From Octopus vulgaris (Eukaryota), in NCBI GenBank assembly GCA_951406725.2, contig OX597823.1, forward strand, positions 88,722,001 to 88,786,000: a DNA stretch of 64,000 nt. Direction: 5' to 3'. Positions 26,963 to 40,584 of this stretch are shown one piece after another. Positions within the stretch are counted from its first letter, which is position 1; every line of letters starts with the position of its first letter. The translations under genes and the position numbers were made by a program. The notes beneath the pieces are model-generated. The model did no database searches. It saw only the letters and a program-made list of their open reading frames with translations, and was not told where the DNA came from.

Positions 26963-27532
26963 TCTACACGAGTATGGTTCGATAAATAATGATAGAAGGT
27001 TAGAAAGAAGGTGGGAAAGAGGAATTTCAGCGACTGAAAGAAAAGATGAGGGAAGAAGGTACATGCAATAGAGATTTATAGAGCGAAAGAGAGAGAGAGA
27101 GAGATAGTAGTAACCAAGGCCGATGGTAAGTGAAATAGAGTAAAACAAAGAGGGACTCGAGATTGGTGGAGTGCATCACGTGTAGGTGGGTAATAATGTT
27201 GATGTCTTAATTACTGGACCAATGTATTAGATAACTTTAATTTTCAAATATGCAATTTGACCTCGCATGAGAAATGAAGTAAAATAGGTTTAATTCTATG
27301 TTTGTTATCATGATAAATGTTGGGTTAAAGGAGGGGATTGACGTTAAAATCTTGCGTAAAGTAGTTCATTGATACATGAAGCCATTTACTAATACGGACA
27401 CAAGGACACAGTTATAAGCATACGTGTGTATGTCACTGTATACACTATACATATATACATTTGTATTCATACATTATGTATTCATTGTCGCGGACACATA
27501 TGCACGTGTATAAGTATATATAAAGTAAAGGA

Positions 27533-27950
27533 AGGTGGCGAGCTGGCAGAAACGTTAGCACGCCGGACGAAATGTCTAGCGGTATTTCGTCTGTCGTTAC
27601 GTTCTGAGTTCAAATTCCGCCGAGGTCGATTTGCCTTTCATTCTTTCGGGGTCGATAAATTAAGTACCAGTTACGCACTGGGGTCGATGTAATCGAATTA
27701 ATACCTATGACTGTCCTTGTTTGTCCCCTCTATGTTTAGCCCCTTGTGGGTAGTAAAGAAATAGGTATTTCGTCTGTCGCTACGTTCTGAGTTCAAATTC
27801 GGCCGAGATCGACTTTGCCTTTCATCCTTTCGGGGCGATAAATTAAGTACCAGTTGTCTGTCCTTGTTTGTACCCTCTATGTTTGTACCCTTTGTCTGTC
27901 CTTGTTTATACCCTCTATGTTTAGCCCCTTGTGGGCAGTAAAGAAATATA
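27533..27950 (+). mobile_element. SINE family A with tandem partial duplication (dimer)
   Basis: ggtggcgagctggcagaaacgttagcacg head; body ggtatttcgtctgtcg..agtaccag occurs twice. Confidence 0.9.
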
Positions 27951-27964
27951 TATATAAAGTAAAG

Positions 27965-28280
27965 GGGCGTCACTTAGTGGTTAGGGTGTTCAGTTCACAA
28001 GCGTCAGGTCATGAGTTCCATTCTGTGTGCTACGCTTCTTTCTTTGAGCAACACAATTTATTTCACATTGCTCCTTCCGCTCAACCGGCAAAAATGAGTT
28101 CTACCTATATTTCAAAGAGGTAAGCCTTGTCACACTCTGTCACGTTGACTCACCCTGAGAACTTAAGTATATGCGTGTCTATGCAGTGTTTAGCTACTTG
28201 CACGCTAATTTCGCAATCGCACTGTTCCGTTGATCGGATCAAATAGAACACTTGTCGACGTCATAACCGACAGAGTGCCA
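27965..28280 (+). mobile_element. SINE family C (CORE-like centre plus tail Q)
   Basis: ttagtggttagggtgttc head; ttgagcaacacaatttatttcacattgctcc..gcaaaaatgagt; tail ..taaccgacagagtgcca. Confidence 0.8.
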
Positions 28281-30624
28281 CTACCACTATGTATTTATAC
28301 ATACACATAACGATTCTTTATTACACATATACCTTTACATATGTATGCATGTAAGCATATATATAAGCTTGTACGCATGCAAGTGTGTACACACACGCAC
28401 ACGCAGAAAATAGGATAAGATATAAACAGGCTGGTTAAATAGGCTGTTGCAGTTAATAAGTCATTTATATTAATAGAGAAGATAGGTCAGAAACATAAAA
28501 ATTTTGCAGAAAACCAAGATAAATCGAGGAATAAAAGGTCGTAGTGACCCGGAGTAGACGTGTACATGTCCAGGAAATTCATATTATAACATCGTGGTTG
28601 AGGAAAATTCGTGCAGTCCTTGCTGATGGTTAGAAGAACTTGTTAAGGTCTCTCTCGCCCTATCCCACTTTCCCTCTCCCTCTCCTTACACACACACACA
28701 GACATATATATATATATAAATAATTTATACTCCCTAATATTATATATATATCGTTTACTTCTTTCAGCCAATACACTGCGGCCACACTGGGGTAACACCT
28801 TGTAGAATCTTCGATCCCTATTTTTATTACATTTTAAAACCTGTTACTTATCTAATTGTCAATTTTGTATAGTCGCTAGTTTGCCGGGTGGTGGTGGAGT
28901 ACAAACATAGACACAAAGATACACACACATTTAAACACATACATGCATACATACATACATACGAACGTACGTACGTATATATGAATGTGTGTACGTATAC
29001 ATTGGTGCACTTGATTACGTCTCTTTATTTGACCTTCTATTTTTCCTGAATAGATAGAATAAATTGCCAGTCAGTTTATTGGATGTGATTATTGCTTACC
29101 ATTGACTGTATGATAATTGATACCGATTCTGGAAACAATTAATTTTAGAGGATTATATGAAAGCTACGTCAGCTGTTCAAAATGCCTAACAGCATTTTAC
29201 TAAGCCCTTAATCTGGTTTCAAATCCTTTTAGGGTTCACTATTGTTGTAATATTTTTATAGCTTTCAATAAATTAATTACTTTTCTTCACTGAACTCATA
29301 TCATTTCGATTCCCACCCTTTTGTATAATTTATTACTGTTAATCTGTGAGAGAAACCAATATAGTTTCTTTCCCACAAGGTAGAAAATCATTAATACTCT
29401 TGTAGAACAGGAAATTGGAGGTGGTGACGCTCATGCATTTCTTGTGGGTATTAGTAATGTAAATAAACATTTTAAGAGGAAATTGAAATCGTATTCTAAG
29501 CCTTTAAGAAAGAGGATATTAGTTCTTGCTCCACAAATCTCATCAGTTTATGATAATGATTTCTAACAGAATCACAAGGAAACAGCTCTTCAGTCGACAT
29601 CTGCAAGTACTGAAGTTTATTTTGCGGACTGAGGTAAGATAACAGGCATAGTGCAGATTAGTAGGACTAGAACTCTGTACCTGAAGGATTGTTAAGGAAT
29701 AACAGCAAAGCACTTTTTTTCAGAGTTCTACGGAGTCTGCCATGCAATGTTCTTCCACAATTTAATAGCAATTATCGGTTGAACGATGTTTATAACTTTC
29801 TTTTAACTCATTCCAACGGATTCGAACGTGAGCATGCATGGAATTGGCTTTTAAATTTCACATCGGACAACGACTTATCCCTTTACCCTTTAAATGGTGT
29901 CTGTAAATAACACACCCTCCTTGAGTGAGGTCAATAAATTCTCCGACGACGGTGTTCCAGCATGGATGTACTCCCTCACTGCCCGGCACCGCTCAACCCT
30001 TTAGAGCTTGACAGTAAAGCAACTTTTTTATTTATAGTATTCAGCAAATATATTATTTGTTGATGCGAAGTATTATTGGCTTCTTTGATGAGACGAAGCT
30101 CTTTACGTTTGTACTGAGAATATATATATCATGTGATTCCCGGTTCGGTGCCACAGTGCGGATCTTTGGTTGTGTATTTCACCATAGACTTCAGTCGATC
30201 CTTATGAGTATAACAGGAGAGAAAGAAACTGTGAGGGATACTTTTAAATGGATTTCTCTATTTCTCCAGTATTAGATTTATCTGTCGTTTCATGTTTATT
30301 TTATACATTCTGCCACTTACATGCCGATATATTATTGTTGTTACTGCTGCTGTTTAGTGCTAAGTCAAGCTTGATCAAACAGAGTGATCGTCAAAATTAA
30401 TCCCGCCGTCACTTACCTGTTATTGGTGGTATAAGTAGGACATGTCACAAACCAGAAATAAAAATAAGACAATAGGGCCTGTTCCCCTCTCAGGGCTGTA
30501 AGACGTGATTAATGACAATTTGTTCACGTCTTCTAGTAGGATCGAGAGAGCTTTCATAAACTCGCCCCAGACGATCATCGGTGATTCCTCTTTAAACGTA
30601 TGTCAGAAGTAGCAATAAATATTA

Positions 30625-30820
30625 TTTTCAAATTTTGGCGCAAAGTCAGCAATTTTGGGTAATATCGACCCCAGTTCTTAGCTGGTACTTACTTTATCGA
30701 CCTCGTAAGGGATGAAAGGCAAAGTCAAGTTCAGTGGAATTTGAACTCAGAACGTAAAGACGGACGAAATGATACTAAGCATTTTACCTGGCGTGCTAAC
30801 GATTCTGCCAGCTCGCCATA
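30625..30820 (-). mobile_element. SINE family A
   Basis: atcgaccccagt..ggatgaaaggcaaagtc..gattctgccagctcgcca. Confidence 0.85.
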
Positions 30821-31416
30821 TTAGAAGCAGATAGGAATACCATATACCACTTATATACTCACTAAACTCTTTTCTACCACATCTTTAATATTGCATAAAG
30901 ATTGATAGCATTTTCAAAATTGGTAGGGCGCCCTGATGGCATCTAGGCATTTCCTATTTCATGTCTCAATTACATAAAGTACCAGTCAAATAATGTTTTC
31001 GACAGAACCAAATTTAGCATCCTCCTCATTACCGTATGTAAATTGTATACTAATATTTAATACTGTATAAAGGCTTGAAACTGATATAAATATGCGAAGT
31101 TATTGTATTGACTGACGAAGATTATTTAGTGCAGTCTTTCTGCGTTCAAGTAGTGAGGGAACGTATTTGCTATCGATGATTTTATCCCGAATGAGACGAG
31201 AGTACCAATTGCAGTCGTGTCATTGAACCAATGCCATCCAGGAAACCCTTTCTTCCAAGGAGAGCATCATAACGCGATATCATGTATTTCTCATATGTAT
31301 TACACCACAGTCTTATAAAAAATCAGGACAGATCAGATAATGTAGCTACAGTCACACAAAAAGATGAAATGTTGACGACTAGAACTACTTTCATTATATG
31401 TTTCCCCAAATAGGAA

Positions 31417-31568
31417 CGCGGTTACAATATTTATCTTCCTGTCTATGGAAGATAATTTCCAAAAACAAAATCCAACAAGGAGACGGATAAATCAATAACT
31501 TCCCAAGAGACAACGCAGATGATTCCAAGTAAAAAGTCACTCACCTCATAAGCAAAAATAGATAGAAT
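31417..31568 (+). repeat. Direct repeat of about 150 bp, copy 1 (copy 2 at 38225-38379)
   Basis: cgcggttacaatatttatcttcctgtctatgg...ctcacctcataagcaaaaata in both copies. Confidence 0.92.
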
Positions 31569-33169
31569 GTACACCGTCAGTGAATTTGTTACTAAATGTT
31601 CATCTTTTTTCCTTTTGCTGTATTCCTTTTAAGTTGAATCACAATTAGAGAGCGACGGTGTGTGTGTGTGAATAATAGGAAGTTCCTATATAGATGTTGG
31701 TTAGTAATATATCATGTTACATTATAATGATGGTTACTGAAACCAATATACGAGAACACAACCGCTCAGAATCTCGTGGTTGTCCTGATTTTGCCCTTTT
31801 GTATTATTCACCCATTATCACAGATCAGCGACCGATTACATCGACACTGATTGAGTGAAAGCCACAGCTGACATCGGCAAGAATTGAACGCAGGACGTAA
31901 TGAGGCAAAGCATAACTCAAGGCAATGTATCCAACGCTCTAACGATTTTACCAATCCACAGTGCTACATTCCAAATTAATTTTAATTGATGGAAATCATT
32001 ATTATTATTGTTGTTTTTATTTGTTTTCGCAATATTTCTTGATACTGTTTCTCCCGCGGCAATGATTTCCTTCAGTTTCTTATTTATTTGATGATTAATT
32101 GCTCTTCATTTTACAAATTCTTTCTTGTTTCCTAGTTAGATACAACATATCTTACTAAATTTAGACTCTCTTTCCCATCGCTTAAACATCCACAAAATTC
32201 TTACGATTGTAACTTGTATCCCATATTTAGTGTCTAACACTATTGTGCAGGACGTAAAACCCAGGCAATGGACGAAGTTTTTGATTTGCTGACGCGAATT
32301 AAAAGAATTCGCTTTTGAAGAAAGCATTTAAGAAGGCGTAACATTCTAATGGTTTCGAGAAGATGAGTCGACGAATTGCGTTGGTAACTTTGTTCAAATG
32401 CTCTTAAATAATGCATGACTAACACTGCCCTCTATCCTTTCACAATAATGTTGAGCAGTTGGGCTATTTAAAGGATATTGCCGACCGAGGCAAACGAAAG
32501 CCATATTCTTGACAGCTTAAGACTCGGCTTATATTGGAGGGGCTCAAAAGATATTAAAACTATTCTTACACTCCTGAATTCCTATAAAAATCTATGAACA
32601 TCGTCTTATAATCATTTTACCTCATCGCTGATACTACAACATTTACAAGTAAATTCTAAGGATCCTCATCAACTGAGAGATTTGCAAGTTGAACATATAA
32701 ATGGGAAACATTTATTATGTAAGGCAATTATTTATTGCACCTAAGGAACTTAACAATCCAATTGCCATAGTAATATTTAATATATTTTCTCAATTCCACG
32801 TCATGGTCATCATATTGTCACGTTACATATGGCTAACGCTACAAAACTTGAAAGTTTTTTATCGATCCACGTAACACGAAGGAAAAATATCTGTCGAGCA
32901 AAGTATTGATATATTGCTACAAAGAAGTGTAACGAACTGACTGCTCTGGTTATACAAAGTTACCTTCTTCAATGCCCACATCACAGTTTGACGAACCACA
33001 CTTTTAAACATCACTAATATCGATCTTTGTCTCGTTGTCTGCCACAATGAATCCTGCTGTTCGGTTAAAAAAAAAAAAATTTCGTTTGTAGGTATCAAAA
33101 GTCGGTTTATTTTCTTAATTTTATTTTCATTTCTTAAAACCTCGGTGTATGCAATTGGATCAGCATTAC

Positions 33170-33337
33170 CTTAAAATAGCCACCTATGTACAATACCTTC
33201 CGACTTCTTTTATTTACAGGGCTTAGAAAAACTGAAAGATCGCTACAAGTATGTGAATCTGAATAAAATCATAATTATCTGATCCTTCTGTATTTTCTTT
33301 TACCCAAAGCTAAGTACTTCTTGGTGCCTCCTCGTAT
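33170..33337 (+). mobile_element. Mariner-like 3' remnant
   Basis: ..FTGLRKTE/LKDRYK-like transposase end followed by a ...cctcg-TA terminus. Confidence 0.4.
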
Positions 33338-33964
33338 AGTTTCCATCTATTAAATTCATTCACAAAATATTTGCCGGCTGGACATGTAGTAGTATATATT
33401 TACCCAACGTGCCTCATTGTGAGATTAAAACCGAAACCACATGGATGTACAGCTATAAAGCGGGTAAGTAGCCATCTTTTTGAAACCGAAGAATATCAGA
33501 TGAAATGTTCTGCAGGTTTGACTTCCATTTGATACCATCTAATATCCGGCACTTACTTTCAAAATAAAATTACTTCACACGTCCTTCAGTAATTATTTTT
33601 GTCTGTTTTGAAGCAGAATACAGATAAATCAACAAGAATTGATTTACTTAAAATCTTCCATAGTTTAAAGTTGATAATTGCTTGTGATAGCTAAATGAAA
33701 TTGGTTGGCCAAGTGAATAAACTGACAACTAAATAAAGCACCAGTTGTTCCCGATACAATTTCGACACTGTCATATCTTCTTACAGCTACTGATGGTTCA
33801 GTTAAAGCGATATAATATAGTTGTCATCAGTAGGCATTGCTTATCGTTGGCATGATAGGAAACACCATGTAATTAAAATCCTGTGAATGTCCAACGACCA
33901 AACAGACGGAATACATGTTGTTTTCGCTGTATATTTTCATCATCATCAAGCCATGAACATTACC

Positions 33965-34205
33965 GTCTCCAGACCAAAGATTTATACAGTCACTTAACCG
34001 GTTTCTATGGCATATAATTGACCGATATCAAAACAATACCCTTGAACTGGACTCTAGTCTGTTGTAGAGTTACTCATTTACAGCTTGGTGGACTGGTGCA
34101 CCATGATATGAAGCATTTTGCTCAAGAACACAATCACCTCCTGATCTAGGAATTGAAATCGTGACCTTGTGATGGTAAGTACAACATCGTAACCACTAGG
34201 CCACC
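33965..34205 (-). mobile_element. CORE-like SINE (family C head and centre, different tail)
   Basis: Reverse strand gtggcctagtggttacg..gttcttgagcaaaatgcttcat..ccagtccaccaagctgtaaatgagta. Confidence 0.65.
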
Positions 34206-34488
34206 CGATGTTTCTCTGTATAGCTTGAATGGAATACATTTGTTGGAAATAAAGAACAGGAATTGAGAATGTTTCATCTGACAGTAGGTGTTTGAAATTA
34301 AGGATGTTCTTATGGTTCCTAGATGTTTCCCAATAAGTGAGATTCAAATATTTTACTTTGTTATTTATTATTCACTTCGAGGAAGTCAAACATTCTGTAG
34401 GATATTTCAAGTCTCTTCCAATCACGTGAAATTATTGCAACCGATGGCATGACTGAACCTGTGCAGGGCAATGTCTGCAAAAGAAAGA

Positions 34489-34755
34489 AAATTGCTTGCT
34501 TGGCGGATCACTATCTGAGCTTATTATCTAAATTCAGCTGATCATTTCTGCTTTAAATGGCATCCCGTAAAGAACACGACATTATAAAATCATTTTCTTG
34601 TATTATGACACAAATGTTGCTTACTTATTTCTTTATTGCTCACAACGGGCTAAACATAGAGGGGACAAACAAGGACAGACAAAGGAATTAAGTTGATTAC
34701 ATCGACCCCAGTGCGTAACTGGTACTTAATTTATCGACGCCGAAAGGATGAAAGG
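34489..34755 (-). repeat. Inverted duplicate of 34995-35272 (SINE 3' half plus unique flank)
   Basis: The reverse complement matches, including the non-SINE flank and the private variant cggcgtcgat. Confidence 0.92.
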
Positions 34756-34892
34756 AAGTCTATTCCAAATGCTTTCAATGGAGTGAAATTCTCTACATTA
34801 ACCCAAAGATTACATGATGTTATTAAGTGTATCAAAGGGATACATTAGTATCAGAATTCAAGTGCAACATCGACGCCAAGTAAGCAACATTT

Positions 34893-35123
34893 TAGGCGGT
34901 AAGCTGGCTGAAACGTTAGCACGCTGGGCGAAATGCTTAGCGGTATTTCGTCTGCCCCTACGTTCTGAGTTCAAATTCCGCCGAGGTCGATTTGCCTTTC
35001 ATCCTTTCGGCGTCGATAAATAAAGTACCAGTTACGCACTGGAGTCGATGTAATCGACTTAATTCCTTTGTCTGTCCTTGTTTGTCCCCTCTATATTTAG
35101 CCCGTTGTGGGCAATAAAGAAAT
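34893..35123 (+). mobile_element. SINE family A with 15-bp TSD
   Basis: TSD aagtaagcaacattt at 34878-34892 and 35124-35138. Confidence 0.93.
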
Positions 35124-35572
35124 AAGTAAGCAACATTTGTGTCATAATACAAGAAAATGATTTTATAAATTCGAATTCGTTACGGGCTGCCATTTAAAGC
35201 ATAACTGATCAGCTGAATTTACATAAGCTCAGATACTGTTCGAACTTTTTCCCACCACCAAGCAAGCAATTTACTCACAATGAAGTTGCTTATATCTTAA
35301 TGATATATGCCACAGTATATGGTTATATGGGTCATGCAATGGTGATATAATTTTGAAATTAATTCATGATTATTACACAATAAAAATAAGTGGTAATAGT
35401 TAAACAACCATTTCCTTTGTACAAATTTGTCACCGTCCATTTAGCATCGTCTTTACCGGTGCTATTTTTTATCACTATTTATATTAAGAAAAAGTAAGTG
35501 AAATGTGTTGATTGATATCATCAGAGAACGCTCCTTGTATGCGCAACTCACTTCGTGTTCTTTATATATATA

Positions 35573-37697
35573 TTTTTTTTTCTAGTTTCAGCTCAGAGCT
35601 GCGGCCATGCTGATGCACCGCCGTTTTGTGCTACACTGTTATTGCGACGAACCTCGTCTAATATGTGGCACTTGGTGAAGAATGGAGTTTGATACAGCTA
35701 CTCTCATTTGCACCTCTTGCCGTGAGGTAGGTTCATCTGGGACTCTTGACAGGAAGATGTCCAGCTTTGATTTAAAAACCGCTACATCTACTTTGTGCAA
35801 GTTCCTCAGACTCTTTGGGAGAATATTAAAAAGCTGTGGGCCCTTGAAACCCAGGCTGTTGCAGAAGCTGGTCCTGAAGTGTGATGGAATTGCTGGGATC
35901 TTTGGCACTATGCAGTGTCGTCCCGTTCTAGCATTGGTGTAGCTTACAATGCCAAAATTTGGCACAATTCCTTCCAGGATCTTCCAGACATATATTACTG
36001 CATACCTCTCCCGTCTTCTCTCCAGGGAGTAGAGTCTTAGCTGTTTCAACCTTTCCCAGTAGCTGAGCTGTTGCAAAGAGACAGTTTTCTTTGTGAATCT
36101 TCTCTGGATTGCTTCAAGGTCCGTTGTTAATTTTACACTGATGGGTGACCATAGCTGTGAGCAGTAATCCAGGCGACTGAGGACGAATGTCCGCCAGAGG
36201 ACCATCATGGTTTCCTTATCTCTGGTTCTGAATGTTCTTAGGATCCACCCAGCCAGTCGTCTGCACTTTGTCGCCATTCTGGTAATGTGCACTTGGAAAG
36301 AGGTATCATCACTCATGTCGATACCCAGGTCCCTCACAGACTTAGGCTCTGGGATTGAAATTCCCTGTGGACCGGTGTATCCTGTAAGTTTAATATTCAG
36401 TTTTGGATGCTGGTAGCGCAGGGCCTGGAATTTTTCAGCATTAAACTGCATATTATTATCCTCAGCCCATCTGTAGTTTGAGTCCAACTCCTGCTGCAGG
36501 TGTGCAACATCGCTGGGGTTCTGTATTTTCTGCGAGACTTTCGTATCGTCTGCATAGCTGGCCAGAGTGGCTATCCGGGCATTTGAGGGCATATCTGAGA
36601 GGGCCACTATAAAAAGCAGTGGTCCCAAGATAGTGCTCGGTGGAACACCGCTCACTATTTGTGTGTTCATAGAGGTGACTCCATTAACCACTACTGCCTG
36701 ACTCCTATCTTTCAGGAAGTCATGCAACCACACTCCAAGTTTTCCAGCTATGCCGAGGTCACGTTGTTTGTGGCATATCATACCATGATCCACCTTGTCA
36801 AAAGCTTTTGCAAAATCAAGGTAGATTACGTCCACATTTGATTTGTTGAGTAACTGCCTCAACACCCAGTCATAATGCTGTAAGAGCTGGGTCAGGCAGC
36901 TCCTACCTGATCGAAAACCATGCTGGGTATTACTCAGCAAGTTATTTTCCTCAAGGAATGCGATTAGTTTCTTCTGACTATCCTTTCCATGACTTTGCTG
37001 ATGAGTGAAGTCAGAGAGATAGGCCAATAGTTTTTGGCATCTGCTCTACTTCCCCCTTTATGTATTGGGCGTATTATTCCCTCCTTCAGCTTGCTTGGCA
37101 GTTTGCCATTCGCAAGAAAGCTCTGGTAGAGAATCTTGAGGGGTTTTGCCAGGGCATGCTTACACGCTTTGAGGAGGATGGCTGGGAAACCGTGTGGACC
37201 AGCAGCTGAGTTTCTGTCCACTTCATCTATGGCTAGTAGGACATATTTTTCGCTAATGTCAATACATTCTATTGTAACCGCCTCGCTGGTTATAGGTGAG
37301 GCGGCAAAGAAGAACACTGGTTCGTTCACTTGTCTGTGTTCCAACGGGGTGGTAAAGACATTTTTGAACTGGTCATTCAGCATCTCACTGATCATAGTTG
37401 GACTGTCTGTGAGGGAGCCATCCTTTTGGAGGAGGGGTTCTATCTTGTAGTGCACTGAGACTGTTTCTTTCGCGTAATGAAAGAAGGCCTTTGGGTTTGA
37501 TTTAATGTTTTTTTATAACCCAGGCTTCTTTGTCTGCTTTGTCCTTCACATAGGATTGTTGCAGCCTTTTTTCGATCTCCATCAGTGTTGTTTTTAGGCG
37601 GAACGTTTCGCTACTTTTGGTATGTTGGTTGAGACGATTTGCAACCTTCGTCCGTCGTCTCATGAGGATCTTTCTGTCTCTTGGAATCTTGCTCCTA
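35573..37697 (-). mobile_element. Young 5'-truncated CR1/L2-group LINE
   Basis: RT-coding body, short 3' UTR with stem-loop and A-tail, with tttatatatata on both sides. Confidence 0.93.
35639..37455 (-). pseudogene. LINE ORF2 reverse transcriptase (truncated, one frameshift near 36970)
   Basis: NYWPISLTS, QHGFRSGRSC, YLDFAKAFDKVDH, SGVPPSTILGPLLF, YADDTK and YSLERRRER motifs. Confidence 0.93.
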
Positions 37698-37719
37698 TTT
37701 ATATATATATATATATATA

Positions 37720-37849
37720 CTTTATTTAAAAGCAGCAGAAATATGACAAAAGCTGTTACTCAGAGTTTCACTTTCTCGTTCGTCGGACAATTTTAGCGTG
37801 AAACTCTGGGTAACAGCTTTTGTTATATTTTTGCTGCTTTTAAATAAAG
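37720..37849. repeat. Inverted repeat with 52-bp arms and 26-nt spacer, overlapping a hammerhead-like motif
   Basis: Arms 37720-37771 and 37798-37849, 3 mismatches. Confidence 0.92.
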
Positions 37850-37920
37850 CATATTACTCTACCTCTGGTATTTGAGTACATTTTGTCCACCTTGTCTCAC
37901 ATTTATGTGCTTGCTCCGGT

Positions 37921-38151
<231 letters not shown>

Positions 38152-38224
38152 TTTACATTGTTGCTTTACAATTTGATACTATTTTTTCTTTCGCTTTTTA
38201 CACTGTCTCTGTCTGTTTCATCGG

Positions 38225-38379
38225 CGCGGTTACAATATTTATCTTCCTGTCTATGGCGATATATAATTTACAAAAAGAAAATCCAACAAGGAGACGGATA
38301 AATCGATAACCTCCCGAGAGACAACGCAGATGATTCCAAGTAAAAAGTCGCTCACCTCATAAGCAAAAATAAATAGAAT
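38225..38379 (+). repeat. Direct repeat of about 150 bp, copy 2
   Basis: Matches 31417-31568. Confidence 0.92.
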
Positions 38380-39534
38380 TTTATACGGCATTACGAGCTT
38401 TTACTAACATATTGACATGTTTTAGGCTGGAATATTGAAATATAAACACCGAGAAACAAGTTTCTGGGAAGACTTCGATACATACTAACACACTTAATCA
38501 AACTCGGTTTTATTTTTGCTTCGTCCTAAGACATATTCTTCACTATTTTCCGTTTATTCTAGTTCTTTTCCATTTTTCTTTGTCAAACTCTCCTTTTAAA
38601 CTTTGTGAGTAAGTGTGTGTGTGTGTATCTGTGAGTGTGTGTGTTTATAGGTATGTGTATGTATCTATATATATACGTATATGTGGATAATATATATGTA
38701 TGTATGTGCTTGTGTGTGAGAGTGTAAGTATGTTTGAGTATATATATGTGTGTGTGTGTGTATGTGCCTGTGAGTGTGTGTATTTATAGGTGTGTGTATC
38801 TATGTGTGTGTATGTGCCTGTGAGTGTGTGTATTTATAGGTGTGTGTGTATCTATATATGTACGTATATGTTGATATATGTATGTATATGTGTACTTGTG
38901 TGTGAGTGTGTATGTATGTTTGTGTATATATATGTTTGTGTGTGCAAGTGTGTGTGTGGGTATCTATTCTTCTATGTATAAATACGTCTACGTATGTATG
39001 TATGTATGCATTCTTGAAAATACTCTCTAACAAGACTGCATTGTGTTCATAGACAAGTAGTTTAAGTCTGAATGATCCAGTTAACAGAAAACAGGCAGGA
39101 AATATGTGATACGTTGCTATCTACACACACACATACACGTACACACACATACACGTACACACACATAAACGTACACACACATACACGTACACACACAAAA
39201 GCACGCACACACACGTACACTCACACCTCTACGTATGTATGTACGTACGTATGTATATATCCATACACACAAGTGTATGTATCCGTTTACACGCGCTGCC
39301 TGAGTAAAATGATAAATATGCAGATATATCAATCTCTGTTTCTACTTGGAAAAAGTTATCTCCTTCTCTTTATCAGTCATGTCATTAGCTATCGATCACA
39401 AAACGTCTGAGTAGTCTGTTTACTATAATTCTTCAGTGAGCTCCTGTACATTCCCTGCTTACAACACGTACTACATATTACTGAATGCTGAAGGCTGATT
39501 ATTATTATTATCATTATTATTATTATTATTATAT

Positions 39535-40100
39535 TAGCGAGCTGGCAGAATCATAAGCACGCCGGGCGAAATGCTTAGCGGTATTTCGTCTTCCGTTACG
39601 TTCTGAGTTCAAATTCCGCCGAGGTCGACTTTGCCTTTCATCATTTCGGGATCGATAAATTAAGTACCAGTTACGCACTGGGGTCGATATAATCGACGTA
39701 ATCCGTTTGTCTGTCCTTATTCGTCGCCTCTGTGTTTAGCCCCTTGTGGATAATAAAGAAATAGGTATTTCGTTCATCTTTACGTTTTTGGTTTTACTTC
39801 AAAGACCTGGGGTGACTATAGCGTTTTAGAGTTCCAAGGTCGATGAAATATGTAGAGGTTGTGTAATGAGATCGATGTAATCGATTTACATCTAACGAAA
39901 TTGTGCCATAATTTGACATTATTATTATTAGCGGCATTTTGTCCGTCTCTACATTCAGAGTTCAAATTCCGCCGAGATCCCATTTACCTTTTTTTACTTT
40001 CGAGTTCGATGAAATAAGTAACAGTTGAGATTTGGGAGTCAATGCAATCGATTGCACCCCTGCTCTCAAAATTTCAGGCCTTGTACCTATAGTAGAAATA
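39535..40100 (+). mobile_element. SINE family A plus two partial downstream copies
   Basis: gcgagctggcagaatcataagcacgccgggcgaaatg.. full copy to about 39790; degenerate bodies at about 39790-39920 and 39928-40100. Confidence 0.85.
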
Positions 40101-40366
40101 CTTTTTTTGGCGATCTATCTATCTATATATATAGATAGACAGTTAGAGAGAGAGAGAGATAGACAGACAGATAATATATTTGTAATATGTATAATACACA
40201 CGTACACACCCATCAATATATACATATATATTTATACATACATATACACATACATACATATATATATACATACACACATGCATACATATATATATACACA
40301 TACATATATATATACACATATATATATATACATACATATATACACATACATACATATACACATACA

Positions 40367-40398
<32 letters not shown>

Positions 40399-40505
40399 CA
40401 CATATACATACATATACACATACATACATATATATATTCATAACACACACGCACGCACACATACATATATATATACATAACACACACGCACACACACACA
40501 TACAT

Positions 40506-40544
<39 letters not shown>

Positions 40545-40584
40545 CACACACACACACGTATGAATGTATATATACTCTCTCTTT

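Noticed and set aside
29570-29633. Plus-strand 64-bp exon-like segment (ctaacag ... gag|gtaaga)
   Set aside because: One open frame, but no recognisable peptide or partner exons; such sites are expected by chance in 64 kb
32966-33058. Minus-strand exon-like segment after a poly-T tract, donor aag|gtaact
   Set aside because: No recognisable protein similarity; cannot be supported from sequence alone
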